NCBI GenBank assembly: GCA_044347055.1
Contig: JBIIXZ010000002.1
Location: forward strand, 1 to 44,755
Reading direction: 5' to 3'
DNA length: 44,755 nt
From: Bdellovibrionia bacterium
GTDB lineage: Bacteria > Bdellovibrionota > UBA1018
The translations under genes were made by a program, and so were the position numbers. Of this stretch, positions 1 to 7,616 are shown piece by piece. Below the pieces are notes generated by a model. That model saw only the letters and a list, made by a program, of their open reading frames with translations. It was not told the DNA's origin and did no database searches. The first letter of the stretch is position 1, and each line of letters starts with the position of its first letter.

Positions 1-99
1 CTCTCGGCGCTGGCTCTCTCGGCGCTGGCTCTCTCGGCGCTGGCTCTCTCGGCGCTGGCTCTCTCGGCGCTGGCTCTCTCGGCGCTGGCTCTCTCGGCG
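1..99. repeat. Tandem array of 15-bp unit CTCTCGGCGCTGGCT (6 perfect copies plus a diverging 7th), cut by the window edge
   Basis: Read directly. Units start at 1, 16, 31, 46, 61 and 76. The copy starting at 91 diverges (ctctcggcgtgcggcg). There are no spacers. Frame 1 would read (LSALA)n and stays open to a TAG at 199-201, so a coding repeat of an upstream gene cannot be excluded. Confidence 0.9.
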
Positions 100-208
100 T
101 GCGGCGAATCTCCTCCATCCACCACAAACAAAACACGGAAATCATTCAAAAAATCATTTAAAAACCATTGCCCCGTTTCGATTTCTCTAATAGAAAAATA
201 GCGTTCCA

Positions 209-805
209 ATGAACTCCCGCACGCCTACCCCAGCAAGCAAACCGCGTCGCCCCCGGCAACTATCACTACTTCCGAGGATGGCCGATCACCTCGGCTCTTC
301 ACGACATGGCGGCGGCGTGAACCGTGGAATGCGCAAACAGCGCCGCCCGCTCGACACTCGCCGGCCAATCCACCTGACGATGAGATCGAGTCGCGCCCGC
401 GGAGCCTGGAGCCTGCTCCACCCGCGGCACGTGCGACTGCTCGACGCTTTCGTGGCACGCACCGCGAGAAAGTGGCGCATTCGAATCCACGAGCGCGCGA
501 ATGTCGGCAACCACCTCCACCTGCTGATTCGAGCGCGGTCTCGACGCGACTTTCAGGGTTTTTTGCGCGAACTTGCAGGTGGAATTGCCATGCGCGTGAC
601 TGGAGCACGCAAGTCGGCCGAGCTGGCGGGCGGCCACTTCTGGGACGATCTCGCCTTCACACGAGTCGTTCACTGGGGACGTGACCTCCAGCGAACCGTC
701 CAGTACATCGTGACGAATGCCTTCGAGGCGGCAGGCCTTCTCTCCAGCTCCGAGAAGGCTGCGGGAATTCGAGCGGTCAACGCGCGCTTCGCTGACTCGA
801 GCTGA
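209..805 (+). CDS. IS200/IS605-type Y1 (HUH) transposase-like protein, REP-associated tyrosine transposase (RAYT)-like
   Basis: HUH motif NHLHLLI (H102, H104). GHFWDDLAF block. Candidate catalytic Tyr in VQYIVTNAFE (Y166). N-terminal RRPIHLTMRS block typical of the family. The true start may be M24 or M41. Confidence 0.7.
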   Translation: MNSRTPTPASKPRRPRQLSLLPRMADHLGSSRHGGGVNRGMRKQRRPLDTRRPIHLTMRSSRARGAWSLLHPRHVRLLDAFVARTARKWRIRIHERANVGNHLHLLIRARSRRDFQGFLRELAGGIAMRVTGARKSAELAGGHFWDDLAFTRVVHWGRDLQRTVQYIVTNAFEAAGLLSSSEKAAGIRAVNARFADSS

Positions 806-953
806 CTCGAGCCGAGCGAAAAAGGCCACTACGAGAAACTGACCGCATCACCACGCATGCGCTGGACAGCCGAAGGCTGAACACGACCCACGATCCAGCA
901 CCGAGAGCGATCACTACACTGGCTGGACTGATCCGCCCCTCTCCACAAACGGA

Positions 954-1466
954 TCAATGCTGTCCGAAGCGACCCTTGATGTAACGAATCAATCCGCCCA
1001 CCACAGGAATGCGCTCATAGATGAACTCACCCATGTCGAAGTAATCGCGGTGATAGAGCGCCTGGCCGGTGGTCGGATCGAACCGGAAGTGCGAGTTCCC
1101 GATGACGCGAACTTCCTTGCCGCCATTCAGCGACTTCGCCTTCAGCACCATCGTCCACATCGACACCTGCTCGTCGCCCTGCTTCACGTGGCCGGAGAAC
1201 TCAAACCGGATGGACTCCACGTTCTGGTAAAGGTTTTCATAATACTTGCGGACCGCGGCACTTCCGCGCAAATCGACCACCGGATCCAGAAAGTGCGCAT
1301 TCGGAGCATAAAAGCGCTCGACGAGCGGCATCGTGTTCTTGCTGAGTCCGTTGAAGAATTCTTCGACGCTTGGTGCCTTCATGGTGTCTCCCGGTGCGGC
1401 CAGGGCTACGCTGCCAGCCATCATGGCGGTCATCAGCACCGCCGCTGCAAATTTTAGTGTGCTCAT
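954..1466 (-). CDS. Secreted NTF2/SnoaL-like domain protein
   Basis: ATG start. Signal peptide MSTLKFAAAVLMTAMMAGSVALA. About 140-aa alpha+beta domain with a SnoaL-like pattern (FYAPNAHFLDP...YYENLY). The family call is by eye only. Confidence 0.55.
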   Translation of the reverse strand: MSTLKFAAAVLMTAMMAGSVALAAPGDTMKAPSVEEFFNGLSKNTMPLVERFYAPNAHFLDPVVDLRGSAAVRKYYENLYQNVESIRFEFSGHVKQGDEQVSMWTMVLKAKSLNGGKEVRVIGNSHFRFDPTTGQALYHRDYFDMGEFIYERIPVVGGLIRYIKGRFGQH

Positions 1467-1525
1467 GAAAGGATCGTTCCACCCCTCGCTGCGCGGTTCA
1501 AGCCCTGATATGGTGGGGACGAACC

Positions 1526-2506
1526 ATGAACTGCATTTTCCGCATCAGCTCCATCACCTCTGCCCTGTTTTTAGTCTGTGCCCCGTGGGGTGTTCTGCCG
1601 AGTTTCGCGGGCAACGGTTCGGACCGAATCTCGGCGACAGCCTCCAACCCAAAAACTACCCCGGTAGCGCCGACTCAAGCGACAGCCTCCAACCCCAAAA
1701 CTACCCCGGCAGCGCCGGCTCAAGCGATAGGCTCCAACCCCAAAGCTACCGCGGCAGCGCAGCCGCATTCATCCCTCGACGCCGCTAGTCCGCCCGCGCC
1801 GCCGGCAGCCCAAGAAGCTGGACAGACATCCACCGAGCCCGCTCCCCTTCGCATCCTCGCACTCGGAGATTCTTTGACCGAAGGCTACGGCGTTCCGCTG
1901 AGCGACGCGTATCCCGCCAGGCTTCAAGAAAATCTCAGAAAACGGTTCGCATCCGCGCAGCGGAAGATCGAGGTCCTCAACGCCGGCATCGGAGGCTCGA
2001 CCTCGGCATCAGGATTCAATCGCCTGCGCTGGCATCTTCGCGCCCGCCCGGATCTTATCCTGCTGGCACTTGGCGCCAATGACATGCTCCGGGGGCTGCC
2101 TCCCGAGTCCACGGAAGAGAACCTGCGGAAGACCTTGAAGCTTGCCGCCGACCATCGGGTGCCGGTGATCCTCGCCGGAATGAAGGTGCCCCCGAATTAC
2201 GGACCGGAGTACCGGAAGCGCTTTGAGTCCATTTATCCTCGGCTCGCGCGTGAGTTCCGAATTCCCCTGATTCCCTTCCTCCTCGACGGCATCGCCGGCA
2301 TTCGAGAGCTGAACCTCGAAGACGGCATCCACCCCAACGAAAAGGGACAGGAGAAGATCGCACGGCTAGTGGAACCCCCGGTTGCCGCCTGGATTTCACG
2401 CGACCTCCGAGATCGCGATCGACATGCACACGCACAGCACGGCGAATCACGCCCGCACGAGCCGGGGCAACCTCCCGAGCCACGCCCAACCGAGGAAAAA
2501 AAATGA
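1526..2506 (+). CDS. tesA: SGNH/GDSL hydrolase, TesA-like thioesterase/lysophospholipase, with N-terminal signal and Pro/Thr-rich repeat linker
   Basis: GDSLTEGYG block I, GGSTS block II, GANDMLRG block III and DGIHPN block V, collinear with E. coli TesA. Its stop overlaps the next ATG (ATGA at 2503-2506). Confidence 0.75.
   Translation: MNCIFRISSITSALFLVCAPWGVLPSFAGNGSDRISATASNPKTTPVAPTQATASNPKTTPAAPAQAIGSNPKATAAAQPHSSLDAASPPAPPAAQEAGQTSTEPAPLRILALGDSLTEGYGVPLSDAYPARLQENLRKRFASAQRKIEVLNAGIGGSTSASGFNRLRWHLRARPDLILLALGANDMLRGLPPESTEENLRKTLKLAADHRVPVILAGMKVPPNYGPEYRKRFESIYPRLAREFRIPLIPFLLDGIAGIRELNLEDGIHPNEKGQEKIARLVEPPVAAWISRDLRDRDRHAHAQHGESRPHEPGQPPEPRPTEEKK
1634..1762 (+). repeat. 45-bp tandem repeat (2 full units plus a partial third) encoding 15-aa units ATASNPKTTP(V/A)AP(T/A)Q
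   Basis: Units at 1634-1678, 1679-1723 and 1724-1762 (third unit degenerate). In frame within the TesA-like gene. Confidence 0.85.
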
Positions 2507-3222
2507 GCGCCGTCACCCCCGCCTTCGAGCTCCGGCAGATTCGCCATCGCTTTGAAACACCCGGCAGCACTCCGCTCGAGATTCTCTCCGGCGTCGAGCT
2601 GATCGTGAAGCGCGGCGAACGCGTCGCCATCCTCGGCCCCTCCGGCAGCGGAAAGTCCACCCTGCTCTCGATCATCGCAGGCCTTCAGCGCCCGAGCTCG
2701 GGAGAAGTCCTTTGGAATGGCCGTGAGGTCAGCCGAATGGCTGAACGCGAGCTCGCGCCACTTCGCGCTGGATCGATCGCGCTCGTCTTCCAGCAGTTCC
2801 TGCTCATTCCGCACCTGACTGCACTCGAAAACGTCAGCCTGCCACTCGAGCTTCAGGGGCGCTCCAGGACCGAGTCTCGCCGGCACGCCCTCGCCCTGCT
2901 CTCGGAGCTGGGCCTTGCCGAACGCGCCGGACATTTTCCGCGGATGCTCAGCGGTGGCGAATGCCAGCGTGTTGCGATTGCACGCGCCATGGTCGTCGAG
3001 CCCACGCTGCTTCTCGCCGACGAGCCGACTGGAAACCTCGACCCGCGCACCTCCGAGAGCGTTTTCGAGATGCTGCTCGACCTGCCTCGTCACGGAAAAG
3101 TCGGGGCACTGGTGCTGGTGACCCACAATGAGGAGCTCGCACGGCGCTGCGACCGCAGGCTCAGGCTGCTGAACGGGCTGCTCGTCGAGGATTCCAAGCC
3201 CGAGGCCGGAGCCCACGCATGA
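2503..3222 (+). CDS. ybbA: ABC transporter ATP-binding protein, YbbA/LolD (MacB-type) family
   Basis: Walker [10 protein letters not shown], signature [14 protein letters not shown], Walker [13 protein letters not shown] overlaps with both neighbours. Confidence 0.85.
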   Translation: MSAVTPAFELRQIRHRFETPGSTPLEILSGVELIVKRGERVAILGPSGSGKSTLLSIIAGLQRPSSGEVLWNGREVSRMAERELAPLRAGSIALVFQQFLLIPHLTALENVSLPLELQGRSRTESRRHALALLSELGLAERAGHFPRMLSGGECQRVAIARAMVVEPTLLLADEPTGNLDPRTSESVFEMLLDLPRHGKVGALVLVTHNEELARRCDRRLRLLNGLLVEDSKPEAGAHA

Positions 3223-5756
3223 GCTCAGGCCAGTCCAAGAATCGCCTCTGGCTGGCCACGCTGCTGACCGGACTGCTCGGCTTCGTGCTGCTGTCGACCC
3301 TCGAGGAGAATATCCGATCCGCCCTCCAGTCGCGGTCGCGCGAGCTGCTCGGCGGAGATTTCGCCATCTCCGCGAGGCGCTGGCCGGATGCCACCGAGGT
3401 CCAGGCGGTTCGCGACGAGCTCCGGAAGCTCGGTGCCGTGCGAGAGACCGAGGTGCTCGAGTTCTTTTCGATGGTTTCGAGCACGGCATCGACTCCGGTG
3501 CTCGTGGAGCTCATGGCCGTCGAGCCGCAGTACCCGCTCGTCGGAAAGCTCGACCGCGAGCCTTCCGACTGCGAAACCACCGACGCGCTTTGTGCGTGGT
3601 CCGATCCGGCGCTTCAGATTCGCTGGAATCTTCTCCCCGGCGAATCCCGCCTCAGCATCGGCGAGGCCTCGTTGCGCTGGGGTGGCCGCATTGAGCGCGA
3701 CACGAGCCGAAGCCTTCGCGGAAGCAGCTTCGCACCCCGCGTGATCCTCTCGCGCGCAAGCCTTCCGAAGACCGGACTTCTGCGCGCCGGCGCCACGGTC
3801 ACGGTGAGGCGACTCTTTGTCGTCGACCCTCCACCTTCCGCCGCCGCACTGGCCGAGGCGGCCACTCGCCTCGATCGCCGGCTCAAGGATCCCGGAATCC
3901 AGCTCCAGACCCCGCGCGACGCCTCGGAGGACGAAGGCCGGCTCCTGAGAAATGTCGCCGATTACCTCGGACTCTCGTCGCTCGTCGGGCTTCTTCTGGC
4001 CTTCCTGGGTTGCGCCTGGCTGCTCCGCCGCGAAATCACGCAGCAGGCCCGGAACTGGGCGATCCGCCGCGTCCTCTCGCCACGTCCATCGCAGGCCGAT
4101 CTTCCGTTCTGGAGCCAGGCATTTCTGGTGTCTCTGGCTGCAGCCGGAGCCTCGCTCGCCATTGCTCAGGGGGCCTGGTGGCTTCTGGGTCCGAAGCTCT
4201 CGCAGCTGCTCTTTCTGGAGGACTTTCTTCCAACGAGTCTCTCCCTCCGAACAACCATCCTCACGCTTCTGATCGCGGCGGGAACGTCGACCTTTGCCCT
4301 TTGGCCCTCGCTCCGATTCCTGAAGCGGCAGAATCTTTCCGAGCTGCTCAAAAACCCCGAAATCCTGGCGCAAAAGACGGCCACGCGTCCCCTGGAGTTC
4401 CTGCTTTTCACCCTGCTCCTGCTGCTCATGTCGCGATGGATCTCGAGCTCCTGGCGCGTCTCGCTGCTTTTTCTCGGCACGCTCGGAGCCAGTGCCGCCG
4501 TCATCGTGCTCGTCGGCTGGCTGGCTCTTCGAGCGCTCGGGCGGACGCAGGGTCGATTCCAGTCGCCGGTGCTTCGATGGAGTTCGCTTTCCACGAGCCG
4601 GCTGCAGGTCAGCTCGCTTCTGGTCTGGCTCACGCTTTCGCTCGGCGCACTGCTCCTGACGCTGATGCCGGTGCTCGAGTCCAGCTTCCGCAAACAGCTG
4701 GATGACCCACGTATCGGCGGCCCGGTGCCGTCGCTGTTTCTGTTCGACATCCAGGAAGAGCAGCTGCCGGAACTCCAGCGCTGGGCCGGCGCTCAAGGCA
4801 CCGAGCTTCAATTCGTCACTCCGCTGATTCGAGGAAGGCTGCTCCGAGTGAACGGGCAGCCCTTCGAAAAGCTGGGGCGGGTTCAGTCGACCCGCGAGGA
4901 GGAGCGCGAAGCGCGCTTCCGAAATCGCGGCATCAACCTGACCATTCGAGATCAGCTCACGCCTTCGGAGTCGCTGGTTTCCGGAAAGCCCCTTTCCGAG
5001 CTGCCCCCACCTCCGCCTGAGGGCCCTGAAGCATTGAGTGTCGAGAGGCGCTATGCCGAACGCCTCGGAATGAAGATCGGTGACCGACTGGATTTTGAAA
5101 TCCAAGGCGTGCCGATCACGGGTCGGATCGAGAACCTGAGGCGCGTGCAGTGGACGAGCTTTCAGCCGAATTTCTTCATCACCTTCAAGCCGGGAGCGCT
5201 CGACGATGCACCCAAGAGCTATCTTGCCTCACTTCCAGGCGCGGACGGCGCGCAGCGCGAGAAGTGGCAGGCGGGAATCTTCCAGCGATTTCCAAACGTC
5301 TCGACGATCGACGTGACCCGCCTCATGGAGACGCTCCTCGAGGGGTTCGCGCAGATCAGCGCAGCACTCCGGATTATGGCCATCCTCGCTGGAGCATCCG
5401 GAATGGCGGCGGTCTTTTCGGTGCTCCGTCTGCGGGCGCGTGAGCGGCAATCCGAGCTTCAACTTCTGAAAATTCTCGGCGCATCGCCGCGATCACTGGT
5501 GCGCGCCGTGGCGCTCGAGGCCGGCACGCTCTCAGCGGCGGCCGCCGCCTTCGGAGTCGTGCTCTCGCTCCTGGTAGGAGCGGCGTTGTCGATCTGGATT
5601 TTTGATTCACCGCCGGCGGTTCCGCCGATCACGCTGATCCTGCTCATTCCGGCGCTCTTTGGACTGGCCGGCGGCTGGCTCGGCATGCTTGCAGCTCGTG
5701 ATGTGCTGCTCAGCAAGCCGCAAGAATGGCTGAGATCGATCCAGGAAGGAGCCTGA
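3219..5756 (+). CDS. ybbP: FtsX-like ABC permease, YbbP family (845 aa, two FtsX-type TM modules)
   Basis: Size and hydrophobic-segment layout fit the family. It sits directly after the ybbA-like gene, which is the conserved tesA/ybbA/ybbP neighbourhood. Confidence 0.75.
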   Translation: MSSGQSKNRLWLATLLTGLLGFVLLSTLEENIRSALQSRSRELLGGDFAISARRWPDATEVQAVRDELRKLGAVRETEVLEFFSMVSSTASTPVLVELMAVEPQYPLVGKLDREPSDCETTDALCAWSDPALQIRWNLLPGESRLSIGEASLRWGGRIERDTSRSLRGSSFAPRVILSRASLPKTGLLRAGATVTVRRLFVVDPPPSAAALAEAATRLDRRLKDPGIQLQTPRDASEDEGRLLRNVADYLGLSSLVGLLLAFLGCAWLLRREITQQARNWAIRRVLSPRPSQADLPFWSQAFLVSLAAAGASLAIAQGAWWLLGPKLSQLLFLEDFLPTSLSLRTTILTLLIAAGTSTFALWPSLRFLKRQNLSELLKNPEILAQKTATRPLEFLLFTLLLLLMSRWISSSWRVSLLFLGTLGASAAVIVLVGWLALRALGRTQGRFQSPVLRWSSLSTSRLQVSSLLVWLTLSLGALLLTLMPVLESSFRKQLDDPRIGGPVPSLFLFDIQEEQLPELQRWAGAQGTELQFVTPLIRGRLLRVNGQPFEKLGRVQSTREEEREARFRNRGINLTIRDQLTPSESLVSGKPLSELPPPPPEGPEALSVERRYAERLGMKIGDRLDFEIQGVPITGRIENLRRVQWTSFQPNFFITFKPGALDDAPKSYLASLPGADGAQREKWQAGIFQRFPNVSTIDVTRLMETLLEGFAQISAALRIMAILAGASGMAAVFSVLRLRARERQSELQLLKILGASPRSLVRAVALEAGTLSAAAAAFGVVLSLLVGAALSIWIFDSPPAVPPITLILLIPALFGLAGGWLGMLAARDVLLSKPQEWLRSIQEGA

Positions 5757-6485
5757 TCACCACGAGAGTCCGAAGACGAGCCCAAAGCCGCCCAAAGGAA
5801 GCATGGAGAGATTGGCGAGGTTCGTGGTCATGCCACGCATCTGGATCTCTGCGAAGGCCCGGCGGCTGAGCCTGACGCCCGTGAAGAATTGTGTTCCCAT
5901 CGCCATTCCGGTGCTGAGCGGATGAATCGTGGAGGACGCTGGAACTTCGGCAAGCTTCAGAAACTGAAATCCGAGGACGCCCGCGGCTCCGACATACGGC
6001 GCGAACCAGTCGAAATCTCCCGGTAGCAGATGCATCCTCACACCCAGGACCGCTTCGCCGGAGACCAGCGTGAACTCCGTCGAGCCGGTGTAACCGTCCA
6101 GCATCGTCGTGCCCGAGGCGCGGAGAAAACGAACCTTGCCCATGAGGTCGAACCAGTCACCACCCCGGTAATTGCCAAACTCCACGCCGAGCCCACGAGC
6201 CATTCCGGATGCACCCAGCCCGGAGCCGGGAGAGCCTGAAAAGTAGACGTACCCCACCCCCATGTCCTGTCCACGAGTCGTGAAGAACGGTTCTTCTTCC
6301 TGGCGAACCGGTTCTGCTGAAGCCGGCGAAGCAACAGGGGCAGGCTCAGCGGGCGTGGTTGAAGCCGCCGGAACGGGATCCTGCGTGGCGGGAACACGAA
6401 CGAGGCGCGACTCAAACGCCCCAGCCGTCGACGACGCGGCGAGTACCAGCGCAGCCACAAATTTTGTTCCTGTCGTGAAAGCCAC
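5757..6485 (-). CDS. Outer-membrane beta-barrel protein (hypothetical)
   Basis: GTG start. Signal peptide AFTTGTKFVAALVLAASSTAGA. P/A-rich linker, alternating hydrophobic strands, C-terminal FGLSW aromatic terminus. Confidence 0.55.
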   Translation of the reverse strand: MAFTTGTKFVAALVLAASSTAGAFESRLVRVPATQDPVPAASTTPAEPAPVASPASAEPVRQEEEPFFTTRGQDMGVGYVYFSGSPGSGLGASGMARGLGVEFGNYRGGDWFDLMGKVRFLRASGTTMLDGYTGSTEFTLVSGEAVLGVRMHLLPGDFDWFAPYVGAAGVLGFQFLKLAEVPASSTIHPLSTGMAMGTQFFTGVRLSRRAFAEIQMRGMTTNLANLSMLPLGGFGLVFGLSW

Positions 6486-6618
6486 GCAATCTGTTCGGAA
6501 ACGAGCGTCAATTTCTTGAGTTCGGTGAGTACTGCAAGGCCGTTCCGGGTCTCTTGAGACACATCTGTTCAGCCGGAATCGAGTTCGTCATGCTGGATCT
6601 GGGAATCGGGGGTGCTTC

Positions 6619-7104
6619 ATGGCCAACCACTGGGTCGTTTCAAGGTGGCTCCTGCTGGCAGTTCTGGCTGCACCCTCGGCCGCGCTGCCGCATCACAAGC
6701 TCGACTGCACGACCGGTCTGCTGGAGACGTTCGGTGTCAGCAGCAGTCCTTCCACCACCTACCGGGGACGAACCGGCATGGGTTTCAGCTTCAATGACTC
6801 GGCCTTCATGAAGTCGGGCTCGGCGCAGATCGAGGTCGAGAACCCCTCGCCATCGAGCTCCGAAACGTTTCCAGGAAAGCGCCCCGATCGCGCAATGGCT
6901 GCTGCCTCGAGCCCGAAGCTCAGCACGCCGACCCGAGCGCCAGCTTCGATCCCGGAGTCGAAACCCGAAAGATCCGAGCGCCCTCATCACGAGCGCAAGC
7001 TCCCGGACCCTCCTCGTCTTCCCGAGCCGCCTCGCATCGCTCGAGAGCCCGAAAAAAAGCCGAACGACGGCGAGGATGGATCGATCACGCAGAGGCTGCT
7101 CTGA
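6619..7104 (+). CDS. Hypothetical exported Pro/Ser-rich protein
   Basis: ATG start with signal-like WLLLAVLAAPSAA. GC3-rich codons. Low-complexity P/E/R-rich C-terminus. No recognisable domain. Confidence 0.45.
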   Translation: MANHWVVSRWLLLAVLAAPSAALPHHKLDCTTGLLETFGVSSSPSTTYRGRTGMGFSFNDSAFMKSGSAQIEVENPSPSSSETFPGKRPDRAMAAASSPKLSTPTRAPASIPESKPERSERPHHERKLPDPPRLPEPPRIAREPEKKPNDGEDGSITQRLL

Positions 7105-7173
7105 ACGAACGCTTCATCAATTCTTGATAACTGAATGCTTCACCGGACCGGGCGAGACTCCGAGAAATGAGGC

Positions 7174-7575
7174 ATGAAGGACGCAACTCGACGATGGAGC
7201 ACCTGGAGCCTGGGCGTTTTTGCCCTCGTCGCCCTTACCGGCTGGCGCAGCGACACCGAGCTGATGATGAGCGAAGGCGCCCCCTATCGAGCTCCGGCAA
7301 CCGAGCTTGAGTTTCATAAAATGTCTCCCCCACTTCACTCGGATTCGGCTTCCTCGCACACCTCTGCCGTCGGAGGCGGATTGATTCTCCTGCTCTCGAT
7401 GGGAATGGTTCGGAGCGCGAGGGCGAGGAACGAAAAGCGACGGTCCGAATCCAAACGTCTCGTTCCCGCCCCTGTCGTGGACCTTCGGAATAAGCCAGAG
7501 CCCCTTCCTGAAGAATTCCAGGCCCTGATCGCGGAGCTGAACGAGATGGCCGAGTCCTTCAAGGACGCCTCCTAG
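7174..7575 (+). CDS. Hypothetical small membrane protein (two hydrophobic segments, basic loop, acidic helical tail)
   Basis: Hydrophobic segments WSLGVFALVALTGW and GGGLILLLSMGMV. GC3-rich codons. Lies 42 bp upstream of the Fic gene. Confidence 0.4.
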   Translation: MKDATRRWSTWSLGVFALVALTGWRSDTELMMSEGAPYRAPATELEFHKMSPPLHSDSASSHTSAVGGGLILLLSMGMVRSARARNEKRRSESKRLVPAPVVDLRNKPEPLPEEFQALIAELNEMAESFKDAS

Positions 7576-7616
7576 CCCGTCGTCAAGTTTTCGCCACCAC
7601 GACCGATCAGTGATTC

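Larger units (their letters stand above)
1..907 (+). mobile_element. Candidate REP/RAYT-like or IS200-like module: 15-mer array, Y1 transposase homolog, inverted 15-mer copy
   Basis: The array at 1-99 is in direct orientation. The HUH/Y1 gene is at 209-805. Positions 893-907 (atccagcaccgagag) match the reverse complement of the unit (agccagcgccgagag) at 13 of 15 positions. The left boundary lies outside the window. Confidence 0.35.

Noticed and set aside
1-99. Possible CRISPR array
   Set aside because: The 15-bp units are directly adjacent with no spacers, and the unit is far shorter than CRISPR repeats. This is a simple tandem repeat.
168-196. Sigma-70-like TTGCCC ... TAATAG / TAGAAA upstream of the transposase-like gene
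   Set aside because: Spacing to TAATAG is only 14 nt, and the 17-nt alternative (TAGAAA) is a poor -10 element. It is not supportable without TSS data.
2496-2503. A8 homopolymer at the tesA/ybbA junction and T8 at 15366-15373 in spoVR as phase-variation tracts
   Set aside because: Both are short and in frame (encoding Lys runs or forming the RBS-start spacer). There is no evidence of length heterogeneity from a single sequence.
3225-5105. 626-aa ORF on the minus strand, plus 2233..3489 minus
   Set aside because: It is antisense to the well-supported ybbA and ybbP genes. The translation is Arg/Gly/Pro-rich low-complexity with no motifs. This is a typical stop-poor antisense frame in GC-rich DNA.
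5754-5759. TGATCA double-stop palindromes at two convergent gene junctions (5754-5759 and 26292-26297)
   Set aside because: Abutting TGA stops on opposite strands necessarily spell TGATCA. Two occurrences are most simply coincidence in a compact genome.
7113-7133. Imperfect inverted repeat TCATCAA-ttc-TTGATAA upstream of the 133-aa membrane protein gene
   Set aside because: Only a 5-6 bp arm is present and there is no second copy. It is too short to distinguish from chance.
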